Assembly (NCBI GenBank): GCA_964635655.1
Contig: CAZWOC010000004.1
Span: forward strand, 29,521 to 93,520
DNA from: an uncultured Rikenella sp.
GTDB lineage: Bacteria > Bacteroidota > Bacteroidia > Bacteroidales > VadinHA17
Length of the DNA: 64,000 bases
Reading direction: 5' to 3'
A program made the translations under genes and the position numbers. Of this stretch, positions 45,491 to 54,084 are shown in pieces. Numbering within the stretch: position 1 is the stretch's first letter; every line of letters starts with the position of its first letter. Below the pieces are notes generated by a model, which was not told the origin of the DNA, did no database searches, and saw only the letters and a list, made by a program, of their open reading frames with translations.

Positions 45491-46897
45491 ATGAAAGAGT
45501 ATATAAATGACGACTTCCTGCTCCAGGGAGAGGCAGCCCGAAGACTCTATCACGAACATTCGGAAGGATTCCCGATCATTGATTATCATTGCCACCTCAG
45601 TCCCGAGGCAATAGCCACTGACAGACGTTTTGAAGACCTGGGCCAGCTATGGCTTGAGGGAGACCATTACAAGTGGCGGGCAATGCGGGCCAATGGTATA
45701 AGTGAGAAATACATTACGGGAAAGGATACCACATTCCGGGAAAAATATGACCGGTGGGCAGAGACAGTGCCTATGACAATGCGTAACCCGCTTTACGCCT
45801 GGACCCACCTCGAACTGAAAAGGGTATTCGGGGTTGGCAGACTCCTGAACCCTGACAGTGCATCCTCCATATGGGAAGAGTGCACCGCTCTTCTGCAGCA
45901 ACCGGAGTATTCGGCACGCGAACTGATGAAGAAATTTAATGTCGAGGTGGTTTGTACCACCGATGATCCCGTTGACAGCCTCGAACATCATAAGACTATA
46001 AGGAACCAGGGCTTTGAGATCAAAGTCCTGCCTGCATGGCGGCCAGACAAAGCCATGTCACCTGAAGATCCGTCAAGGTTCATCGATTATGTCAGAAAGC
46101 TTGAGGAGGCTTCAGCAACGGAGATCAAGGGATTTTCATCACTGATTGAAGCACTGCGTATCAGACACGCCTTCTTTGCTGAAGCAGGATGCGTTCTGAG
46201 TGACCATGGTATAGAACAATTCTATGCTGATGATTACACCGAAAAAGAGGCAGGGTCTATCCTCCAGAAGGTACTCTCCGGATCACACCTGGAAAGCAGC
46301 GAGATATCAAAGTTCAAATCAGCCATGCTGTATGAACTGGCGTTGATGGACAACGAAAGCGGCTGGGTTCAGCAGTTCCACTTCGGTGCCATCCGCAACA
46401 ACAACAGCCGAATGCTGGCACAGCTCGGACCTGACACAGGGTATGACTCGATAGGCGACTTCACAATTGCCAGAACACTCTCAAAATTCCTTGACAGACT
46501 CGATTCCGGCGGTCACCTTGCCAAGACTATTCTCTATAACCTTAATCCTCGTGACAATGAACTGATAGCCGCAATGACCGGCAACTTCCAGGACGACTCA
46601 AACCCAGGAAAGATCCAGTTCGGGGCCGGATGGTGGTTCCTCGACCAGGAAACAGGAATGATCAATCAGCTCAATACCCTGTCACTGATGGGTCTCCTCA
46701 GCAGGTTCGTAGGGATGCTCACTGACTCACGCAGCTTCGTCTCATATCCCAGGCATGAATACTTCCGCAGGATTCTCTGTAACATGCTGGGAGAAGATGT
46801 CGAAAAAGGCAAACTTCCTTATTCTGAACTCGATACATTAGGTAAAATGGTCGAGATGATCTCCTACTACAACGCTAAACACTATTTCAAATTTTAA
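45491..46897 (+). CDS. uxaC: Glucuronate/galacturonate isomerase
   Basis: 468 aa. N-terminus FLLQGEAARRLYHE...PIIDYHCHL is characteristic of UxaC. Confidence 0.9.
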   Translation: MKEYINDDFLLQGEAARRLYHEHSEGFPIIDYHCHLSPEAIATDRRFEDLGQLWLEGDHYKWRAMRANGISEKYITGKDTTFREKYDRWAETVPMTMRNPLYAWTHLELKRVFGVGRLLNPDSASSIWEECTALLQQPEYSARELMKKFNVEVVCTTDDPVDSLEHHKTIRNQGFEIKVLPAWRPDKAMSPEDPSRFIDYVRKLEEASATEIKGFSSLIEALRIRHAFFAEAGCVLSDHGIEQFYADDYTEKEAGSILQKVLSGSHLESSEISKFKSAMLYELALMDNESGWVQQFHFGAIRNNNSRMLAQLGPDTGYDSIGDFTIARTLSKFLDRLDSGGHLAKTILYNLNPRDNELIAAMTGNFQDDSNPGKIQFGAGWWFLDQETGMINQLNTLSLMGLLSRFVGMLTDSRSFVSYPRHEYFRRILCNMLGEDVEKGKLPYSELDTLGKMVEMISYYNAKHYFKF

Positions 46898-46913
46898 AAA
46901 TATTTATTAAATT

Positions 46914-47594
46914 ATGTCATCATTCAGAAAAATCAATGCAATACTGGCAATGGAAGAGACCGGCCTCGTGCCTCTCTTCTTCAATTCTGACCCGGAGATA
47001 TGTAAAAAAGTAATTGCCTCATGCCATGCCGGAGGCGCAAAGGTATTTGAGTTTACCAACAGGGGCTACTTCGCCCATGAGGTCTTTGCTGATGTCAGGA
47101 AATGGGCACTCCGGGAGTTACCGGACCTGATGATAGGTGCCGGATCAGTTCCTGACGCCCCCACGGCAGCTATTTTTATGCAGATGGGTGCTGACTTTAT
47201 CGTCGCCCCCTCTCTGAATCCCGAGGTAGCCAGGATCTGCAACAGGAGAAAAGTACTCTGGATACCAGGATGCGGGACGGTGACCGAGATTTCACAGGCT
47301 GAGGAACTGGGTGCTGACATAGTGAAAATCTTTCCGGGCTCTGCCGTCGGCGGACCATCATTTGTCAAAGCCATCAAAGGCCCCTGCCCCTGGACAAGCA
47401 TAATGCCCACAGGCGGAGTGGAACCAACGGAAGAAAATCTTGGCAAATGGTTCGGGGCCGGCGTGACATGCGTGGGTATGGGTTCAGCCCTGGTGACAGA
47501 TAAAATAGTTAATGCAGGCGACTGGAAAACCCTGGAGAATATGGTGCGAAACACACTCGACCTGATCAGTAAGCTGAGGACAACCCGTAACTGA
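46914..47594 (+). CDS. eda: KDPG / 4-hydroxy-2-oxoglutarate aldolase
   Basis: 226 aa. Has VKIFPG and PTGGV blocks, and the context is hexuronate catabolism. Confidence 0.8.
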   Translation: MSSFRKINAILAMEETGLVPLFFNSDPEICKKVIASCHAGGAKVFEFTNRGYFAHEVFADVRKWALRELPDLMIGAGSVPDAPTAAIFMQMGADFIVAPSLNPEVARICNRRKVLWIPGCGTVTEISQAEELGADIVKIFPGSAVGGPSFVKAIKGPCPWTSIMPTGGVEPTEENLGKWFGAGVTCVGMGSALVTDKIVNAGDWKTLENMVRNTLDLISKLRTTRN

Positions 47595-47659
47595 CCTGGC
47601 AAGGCAGGAAGATCTGATCGCGAAAACTAACACTGGTATTTACCCTTTAGATAATAATT

Positions 47660-49189
47660 ATGCCTTTAAAAACCTCAGAAACCGGGATGACCAACTACAG
47701 GTGGGCCATCACCTCACTGTTGTTCTTTTCAGTTGCAATCAACTACATGGACCGGCAGGTACTGTCACTTACATGGAAGGATTTCATTGCACCGGAATTT
47801 CACTGGACCAACAATGACTACGGAACCATCACCGGTCTTTTCTCGATCTTTTATGCCGTCTGCCTGCTTTTTGCCGGCCGGTTTGTCGACTGGATTGACA
47901 CCAAAAAGGGGTTCCTGTGGGCAATAGGCATCTGGTCAGCAGGTGCCATACTGCACGCCTTCTGCGGGATAGCAACCTCAGGCATCACTGCCGGGAAATG
48001 GTTCGTCGGTTTTGAGGAGGCACGCAAAATAATCGGTACTGTGGATGACATCGGGCTGGTGACATCAGTCAGTGTCACTCTCTTCATATTTGCCCGGTTC
48101 GTGCTGGCCCTAGGAGAGGCGGGCAATTTTCCGGCTGCCATAAAGACAACTGCTGAGTTCTTTCCGAAGAAGGACCGCGCCTTCTCTACCAGCATCTTCA
48201 ACTCCGGAGCACAGATAGGAGCGCTCATCGCTCCGATATCCGTTCCGGTAATAGCAGCAAAATACGGCTGGGAGATGGCATTCATCGTCATTGGTGCACT
48301 AGGATTCATCTGGATGGGATTCTGGATCTTCATGTACAAAAAGCCTCATGAACACCCGCTGGTAAATAAGGCGGAGCTCGATTACATCAACCAGGATACT
48401 GTTGCGGAGACAAAGGCAAACAACAACGTGGCCGGGCCGGAAAGGAAGATACCCTTCTTCCGGACATTCGGATACCGCCAGACATGGGCTTTCGCATTCG
48501 GCAAGTTCATGACTGACGGGGTATGGTGGTTCTACCTGTTCTGGACACCAGCTTATCTCAGTGATGTCTATGGCCTGACATCTGATACCACAATGGCAAA
48601 GACACTGATCTTCGTCCTCTACGCTATAGTGATGCTGTCAATCATCGGAGGCTGGCTTCCCAAGTACTTTGTTGACAAGCTGGGGATGGATCCCTATGCC
48701 GGCCGTATGCGCGCCATGCTGATCTTCGCCTTCTTCCCTCTGCTGGCGCTTCTGGCCCAGCCGCTGGGCCACACATCCTACTGGTTCCCGGTAATAATTA
48801 TCGGGATAGCCGGAGCTGCACACCAGGCATGGTCAGCAAATCTCTTTTCCACCATCGGTGACATGTTCCCGAAATCGGCAATTGCCACAATTACAGGGAT
48901 AGGCGGAATGGCCGGAGGTATCGGTGCCTTTATAATTAACAAAGGTTCAGGCGCCCTGTTTGATTTCGCTTCCGGAACCACAATGATTGACGGGAAGGCT
49001 TCAGTCATGACAAAAGAACTTCTTGCTGCCGGAGCCCAGTATCTGGACGGACCACTGAAGTTCTTCGGTTTCGAGGGAATAAGGGCGGGCTACTTCATTG
49101 TATTCTGCATCTGCGCCGTTGCATACCTTATAGGATGGGTTGTGATGAAAATGCTTGTTCCGAAATACAAACCAATAGTAATCGAATAG
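47660..49189 (+). CDS. exuT: MFS hexuronate transporter (ExuT-like)
   Basis: 509 aa. AINYMDRQVLS near the N-terminus and multiple TM segments. Has an extra ~45-aa hydrophilic loop near the C-terminus. An alternative start is possible at 47687. Confidence 0.75.
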   Translation: MPLKTSETGMTNYRWAITSLLFFSVAINYMDRQVLSLTWKDFIAPEFHWTNNDYGTITGLFSIFYAVCLLFAGRFVDWIDTKKGFLWAIGIWSAGAILHAFCGIATSGITAGKWFVGFEEARKIIGTVDDIGLVTSVSVTLFIFARFVLALGEAGNFPAAIKTTAEFFPKKDRAFSTSIFNSGAQIGALIAPISVPVIAAKYGWEMAFIVIGALGFIWMGFWIFMYKKPHEHPLVNKAELDYINQDTVAETKANNNVAGPERKIPFFRTFGYRQTWAFAFGKFMTDGVWWFYLFWTPAYLSDVYGLTSDTTMAKTLIFVLYAIVMLSIIGGWLPKYFVDKLGMDPYAGRMRAMLIFAFFPLLALLAQPLGHTSYWFPVIIIGIAGAAHQAWSANLFSTIGDMFPKSAIATITGIGGMAGGIGAFIINKGSGALFDFASGTTMIDGKASVMTKELLAAGAQYLDGPLKFFGFEGIRAGYFIVFCICAVAYLIGWVVMKMLVPKYKPIVIE

Positions 49190-49200
49190 AAAAATTACTC

Positions 49201-50046
49201 ATGAAAGATTTCAGTGATCTGAAAGGAAAAGTTGCCGCCATAACCGGTGGCAGCGGGATAATCGGAAAAACGCTAGCCAGGGGCCTCTGCAGCGCAGGGG
49301 TGAATGTGATAATACTGGACTACAAGGTCGAAAGGGGAGCAATGACAGCCAAAGAGATCACCGCCGGACAGGAAGCCGGTCTGGCAACGAGTATCGATGC
49401 GAATGTACTCGACCGTGATTCACTGCTAAAAGCACGTGACCATATAAGGGGAAAATTCGGTACTCTTGACATCCTCATTAACTGCGCCGGAGGGAACAAA
49501 GCCAATGCCACGACAGCAAAAGAGTTCATCGCAGGAGGCGAAAAAGACTTGCATGGCACCTTTTTCGACCTTGATATCGAAGGATTTGACGGAGTCTTCG
49601 ACCTTAACTTCAAGGGGACAGTGCTTCCTACGATGATCCTGGCGGAGGATATGGTCAGCAGAGGCAGTGGAGTGATATTGAATATATCCTCGATGAATGG
49701 TTACAGACCTCTCACCAAGATCCCGGCTTATTCAGCAGCCAAGGCTGCAATCAACAACCTCACCCAGTGGCTGGCGGTCCATTTCGCGCCTGCCGGAGTG
49801 AGGGTCAATGCAATCGCCCCGGGATTCCTGCTGACAAACCAGAACCGGTTCCTCCTTACTGACGAAAAAACAGGCGGGATGACCCCGCGGGGTAAGAAAA
49901 TAATCTCCGCCACACCAATGGGACGCTATGCCGAACCAGAAGAACTTGTCGGGACTATGCTCTACCTGTTGTCTGAGACTTCATCATTCGTCACTGGAGT
50001 GGTGATACCTGTCGACGGAGGTTTTGGTGCGTTCAGCGGGGTATAG
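49201..50046 (+). CDS. uxuB: SDR oxidoreductase, probable fructuronate reductase / D-mannonate oxidoreductase (SDR-type UxuB)
   Basis: The track ORF (49135) overlaps exuT. The ATG at 49201 gives MKDFSDLKGKVAAITGGSGIIG. A Y-x3-K motif (YSAAKAA) is present. Context is hexuronate catabolism. Confidence 0.55.
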   Translation: MKDFSDLKGKVAAITGGSGIIGKTLARGLCSAGVNVIILDYKVERGAMTAKEITAGQEAGLATSIDANVLDRDSLLKARDHIRGKFGTLDILINCAGGNKANATTAKEFIAGGEKDLHGTFFDLDIEGFDGVFDLNFKGTVLPTMILAEDMVSRGSGVILNISSMNGYRPLTKIPAYSAAKAAINNLTQWLAVHFAPAGVRVNAIAPGFLLTNQNRFLLTDEKTGGMTPRGKKIISATPMGRYAEPEELVGTMLYLLSETSSFVTGVVIPVDGGFGAFSGV

Positions 50047-50109
50047 ACATTCACGGGAGTCAATACCTTTATTAACCAAAAAGTCTTTTATTATGTTGTA
50101 GTCAACAGT

Positions 50110-51372
50110 ATGATACATCATTCTGAAACCGGCCCTGACAGCGGAATTAAAAGGGATAAGGTCAGGGCAGCCCTTGAATCTATACTCAGCAGCTTCAGCG
50201 AAAGGAAGCGTGTGCTGATATTGCCTCCCGACATCACCCGGGCACACTCAGGGGCGGGGATGATTACCGAACTTCTGTGGGAGAAACTGGGCGGACAGGT
50301 CACTGATATTCTCCCCGCACTGGGCACACATATGCCGATGACACCGGAGGAGATATCCAAAATGTACGGTCAAACACCTCCCGGACTTTTCAGGGAACAC
50401 CGCTGGCGGACTGATATAGAAGAACTCGGCAGGGTACCCTCGTCATTTGTTTCGCAGGTGACGGGCGGACGCCTCAGCTTTGACTACCCGGTTCAGGTAA
50501 ACAGGCTGCTATCATCCGGCGGGCATGACCTGATCATTTCTGTCGGCCAGGTGGTGCCTCATGAGGTCACAGGCATGGCCAACTACAACAAGAATGTCTT
50601 CGTGGGCTGCGGCGGCAGCGAGGCTATCAACAAGAGCCACTTCATAGGAGCGGTGCACGGAATAGAAAACATTCTCGGAACCACCGACAACCCGGTGAGG
50701 GCGGTGCTGAACAAGGCCTCCGAGATTGCCGCACCGCGTCTGCCGTTGATTTACATCCTGACAGTGGTGGCTCCTGACAGTAAAGGCTGCCTGAAGATAA
50801 GGGGCCTCTATGCCGGTGATGACATCGAATGCTTCAGACAGGCCGCAGCGCTCTCGCGCGAAGTCAACTTCACCACGATGCCACACAGGCTGAAAAAGGT
50901 GGTGGTGTGGCTTGACCCGGAGGAGTTCAAGAGCACATGGCTGGGAAACAAGAGCATCTACCGCACCCGCATGATGATTGCCGATGACGGCGAACTTGTG
51001 GTACTTGCCCCCGGAGTAAGGACTTTTGGCGAAGACCCTGCAATCGACAGGCTGATAAGGAAATACGGTTACAGAACCACCCCGGAGATCCTTGCTTTCA
51101 CTGAAGCAAACCAGGATCTGCAGGATAACCTCAGTGCTGCTGCCCATCTTATCCACGGCTCACCGGAGAACAGGTTCAGGGTTACATATGCTGCGGGCCG
51201 GCTTACCCGCGCAGAAGTTGAGTCTGTCGGCTACAACTTCGGGGAGATCGAGCCGCTCATGAAGCTTTATGACCCGGAGAACCTGCAGACAGGATTTCAT
51301 GTTACCGCTGACGGGGAGGAATTTTATTTTATATCCAATCCTGCCACGGGACTATGGAGAGCAGATGAATAG
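50110..51372 (+). CDS. LarA-like (lactate racemase N-terminal domain / DUF2088) putative nickel-pincer 2-hydroxyacid epimerase
   Basis: 420 aa. Contains ALGTHMPMTPEE (His74) and VVPHEVTGMANYNKNVFVGCGGSEAINKSH. His151, Lys161 and His177 are spaced +10 and +16, as His174, Lys184 and His200 are in L. plantarum LarA. Confidence 0.65.
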   Translation: MIHHSETGPDSGIKRDKVRAALESILSSFSERKRVLILPPDITRAHSGAGMITELLWEKLGGQVTDILPALGTHMPMTPEEISKMYGQTPPGLFREHRWRTDIEELGRVPSSFVSQVTGGRLSFDYPVQVNRLLSSGGHDLIISVGQVVPHEVTGMANYNKNVFVGCGGSEAINKSHFIGAVHGIENILGTTDNPVRAVLNKASEIAAPRLPLIYILTVVAPDSKGCLKIRGLYAGDDIECFRQAAALSREVNFTTMPHRLKKVVVWLDPEEFKSTWLGNKSIYRTRMMIADDGELVVLAPGVRTFGEDPAIDRLIRKYGYRTTPEILAFTEANQDLQDNLSAAAHLIHGSPENRFRVTYAAGRLTRAEVESVGYNFGEIEPLMKLYDPENLQTGFHVTADGEEFYFISNPATGLWRADE

Positions 51373-51376
51373 AACC

Positions 51377-52555
51377 ATGAAGATAATTATTGACGAAAAC
51401 ATACCCTTCATCAGGGGCGCCTTCGAAAGGTGGGCTGATGTTGTCTACGCACCGGGACGCGCCATCAATTCGAAGATGGTTGCAGACGCCGATGCGCTGA
51501 TAGTGCGGACGCGTACAAAATGCAACGCTGATCTCCTGAGCGGAAGCAGCGTCAGGATCGTTGCCACGGCTACAATCGGTTTTGATCACATAGATACTGT
51601 GTGGCTGGAACAAAATGGCATAAAATGGGCCAATGCGCCGGGATGCAACTCCGGGTCGGTGATGCAATACGTCACCTCCCTCCTGCTTTTCCTGGCTAAA
51701 AAGCACTCCTTTGACCCCGGCTCAATGACCCTCGGCGTGGTGGGAGTGGGAAACGTCGGCTCCAGGGTGGCAAGGGCTGCAAACGCATTAGGCATGCGTG
51801 TCCTGCTGAATGACCCGCCCCGGCAGAGACGTGAAGAGGGCAGAGACATGAATACGGGAGGCTCGGATCTTCATAAAGAAGGCCGCCGGAGTGATGCTCA
51901 GTTCCACCCCCTGGGCAAACTGCTTCACGAATCGGACATACTTACACTGCATGTCCCCCTGACAATGGAAGGCATCGATAAAACATTCCACCTGATTGAC
52001 AGGGAGGTTCTTTCACTGCCGGTCAGACAAAAAATCTTAATCAACACTTCACGCGGGGAGGTTGTTGACAATCCCGCACTGCGTGAAGCGCTGAAGTCAG
52101 GCCGCATGCGCGGCGCCGCCCTTGACGTTTGGGAGGGAGAACCGGCTGCCGACCCTCAGCTGATTGACCTGGCTGACATTGCAACACCCCACATTGCAGG
52201 ATACTCGGTGGACGGCAAAGCAAACGCCACTGTCAGTTCCGTAAGAGTGGTGGCATCAGAACTCGGTCTGCCTATGCAAGACTGGACTCCGGCCACGCTG
52301 CCGCAACCTGACCAGCAACTTATCAACCTTACCGGCAGAGGCAGCGCCTCACCCATCGAACTGGTTGCAATTGCAGTGAATCATACTTACCCCATCGAAG
52401 CAGATGACCGGCTTTTCAGAAAAAACAGGGAAAATTTCGAGTACCTTCGCGACAACTACAGGATCAGACGGGAGTTCTCTTCATACATGGTAAGAACCAA
52501 TGACCCAAAGACGGAACATATTCTGACAGAACTTGGATTTAAGATAATTAAATGA
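51377..52555 (+). CDS. pdxB: Erythronate-4-phosphate dehydrogenase
   Basis: MKIIIDENIPFIRGAFE... aligns with E. coli PdxB MKILVDENMPYARDLF... along the whole length, including VGVGNVGSRV and the C-terminal dimerisation region. The upstream in-frame starts (51269, 51365) are unlikely. Confidence 0.85.
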   Translation: MKIIIDENIPFIRGAFERWADVVYAPGRAINSKMVADADALIVRTRTKCNADLLSGSSVRIVATATIGFDHIDTVWLEQNGIKWANAPGCNSGSVMQYVTSLLLFLAKKHSFDPGSMTLGVVGVGNVGSRVARAANALGMRVLLNDPPRQRREEGRDMNTGGSDLHKEGRRSDAQFHPLGKLLHESDILTLHVPLTMEGIDKTFHLIDREVLSLPVRQKILINTSRGEVVDNPALREALKSGRMRGAALDVWEGEPAADPQLIDLADIATPHIAGYSVDGKANATVSSVRVVASELGLPMQDWTPATLPQPDQQLINLTGRGSASPIELVAIAVNHTYPIEADDRLFRKNRENFEYLRDNYRIRREFSSYMVRTNDPKTEHILTELGFKIIK

Positions 52556-52574
52556 CTTATTTAAAAGTGTTGAA

Positions 52575-54023
52575 ATGAAAGCAGATATCGGATTGATTGG
52601 ACTGGCAGTGATGGGCGAAAACCTTGTACTCAATATCGAGAGCAGGGGATTCACAGTTGCAGTCTACAACCGTACCACTGAAAAAGTGTCATCATTTATG
52701 AACGGACGGGGCAAGGGAAAGAAGCTTATCGCCTCTTACTCGCTTGAGGAGTTCGTCTCAAGTCTCAGCCGGCCGAGGAAAGTAATGCTTATGGTCAAAG
52801 CGGGCAAACCCGTTGATGACTTCATCGAACTGCTGATTCCGCTTCTCGACAAAGGTGACATAATTATCGAGGGAGGCAACTCGCATTTCCCTGACACAAT
52901 AAGGCGAACCGCCTATGTTGAAAGCAAGGGGCTGCTCTATATCGGCACTGGCGTTTCCGGCGGTGAGGAAGGTGCGCTTCTCGGACCCTCGATGATGCCC
53001 GGCGGCTCCAGGGAGGCATGGCTGCATGTGAAGGATATCTTCCATGCAATTGCTGCGCGGGCCTCCGACGGCGCTCCCTGCGTGTCATGGATAGGAGACA
53101 ACGGCGCCGGCCACTTCGTCAAGATGGCACACAACGGCATAGAATACGGTGACATGCAGCTCATCTGTGAGGCATACCACCTGATGCTGAGCTCCGGCGC
53201 ATTCACATATGACGGGATGGCTGATATCTTCGACGAGTGGAACACGGGTGAGCTTGACTCTTACCTGATCCAGATAACCGGCGAGATACTCAGATACAAA
53301 GACACTGATGGTCAGCCACTTGTCGCCCGGATACTGGACTCAGCCGGCCAGAAGGGAACAGGCAAATGGACAGTGGTCAGCGCTCTCGATCACGGGGTGC
53401 CTCTCAGCCTCATAGGCGAATCAGTCTTCGCACGGTTCATCTCGTCAATGAAGAAGGAGAGGGTGAAAGCCTCTCCCCTCTTCGACAGCCCCGGAAAGAT
53501 AATTCTTAAGGATAAAAAAGAGTTTGTCGACGATATCCGCAAGACACTTTATGCATCGAAGATAGTCTCCTACGCCCAGGGATTCAACCTTCTCAGGAAT
53601 GCAGCTGCAGAGTATAAATGGGATCTTAATTATGGGGAAATCGCAATGATATGGAGGGGTGGCTGCATCATCCGGTCTGCCTTCCTCAACAAAATATACG
53701 AGGCGTTCAAACGCGAACCCGGCCTGCCCAACCTGATAACCGACAGGTATTTTACAGGCATCCTGAGGGAGAACAGTGAGAGCTGGCGCCGTGTGGTTGC
53801 CCGGGCCGTATCTGCAGGCATCCCCGTGCCGGCGATGAGCGCCGCCCTCGCCTGGTTCGACAGCTATCGTTCCGAGTGGCTGCCGGCCAGCCTTCTCCAG
53901 GCTCAACGCGACTATTTCGGAGCACACACCTACCAGCGTACCGACAAACCTGAAGGAGAGTTCTTCCACACAAACTGGACGGGCCGCGGAGGAGATACAG
54001 CTTCATCAACGTATAACGCCTGA
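52575..54023 (+). CDS. gnd: 6-phosphogluconate dehydrogenase (decarboxylating)
   Basis: 482 aa. Contains IGLIGLAVMGENLVLN, GGNSHF, and FVKMAHNGIEYGDMQLI. Confidence 0.92.
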   Translation: MKADIGLIGLAVMGENLVLNIESRGFTVAVYNRTTEKVSSFMNGRGKGKKLIASYSLEEFVSSLSRPRKVMLMVKAGKPVDDFIELLIPLLDKGDIIIEGGNSHFPDTIRRTAYVESKGLLYIGTGVSGGEEGALLGPSMMPGGSREAWLHVKDIFHAIAARASDGAPCVSWIGDNGAGHFVKMAHNGIEYGDMQLICEAYHLMLSSGAFTYDGMADIFDEWNTGELDSYLIQITGEILRYKDTDGQPLVARILDSAGQKGTGKWTVVSALDHGVPLSLIGESVFARFISSMKKERVKASPLFDSPGKIILKDKKEFVDDIRKTLYASKIVSYAQGFNLLRNAAAEYKWDLNYGEIAMIWRGGCIIRSAFLNKIYEAFKREPGLPNLITDRYFTGILRENSESWRRVVARAVSAGIPVPAMSAALAWFDSYRSEWLPASLLQAQRDYFGAHTYQRTDKPEGEFFHTNWTGRGGDTASSTYNA

Positions 54024-54084
54024 ACCGGGCACCGGTTTGACTTTTTTCTATATTTTTACCCTGAACTTAAAGGCCTGAATCATT

